From assembly GCA_030390025.1 (NCBI GenBank), contig CM059449.1, forward strand, positions 13,516,001 through 13,580,000: a stretch of DNA of 64,000 nucleotides, in the 5' to 3' direction. Both the position numbers and the translations under genes were made by a program. The notes below the pieces were generated by a model. It ran no database searches. It saw nothing but the letters and a program-made list of their open reading frames with translations, and was not told the origin of the DNA. Numbering within the stretch: position 1 is the stretch's first letter; the number at the start of each line of letters is the position of its first letter. This DNA comes from Squalus acanthias (Eukaryota). Below, in pieces: positions 63,976 through 64,000 of the stretch.

Positions 63976-64000
63976 TTCTTTTTTTTTCTGATAGGTTGAG

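Overview
Repeat-dense vertebrate genomic DNA, almost certainly from a cartilaginous fish (HE1-type V-SINEs, HER1/CR1 LINEs, Deu-domain SINEs). Most of the window is transposon debris: CR1, L2, RTE and Penelope-like retroelements, SINEs and PIF/Harbinger elements. Nearly all supplied ORFs derive from these repeats. One intact host gene can be assembled by hand on the + strand from six exons (41964-56577, about 306 aa). It encodes a type I membrane receptor with one germline-joined VJ-type Ig domain resembling NKp30/NCR3, a TM segment and a tail with three ITIMs. A heavily decayed NCR3-like paralogue appears to lie head-to-head on the - strand (about 29690-18725). The window also holds a fragmented Harbinger transposase fossil, a family of about 8 Harbinger-type MITEs with 3-bp TSDs and structure-conserved internal hairpins, and Penelope-associated minimal hammerhead ribozyme motifs. 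All calls are by eye; repeat boundaries are approximate.
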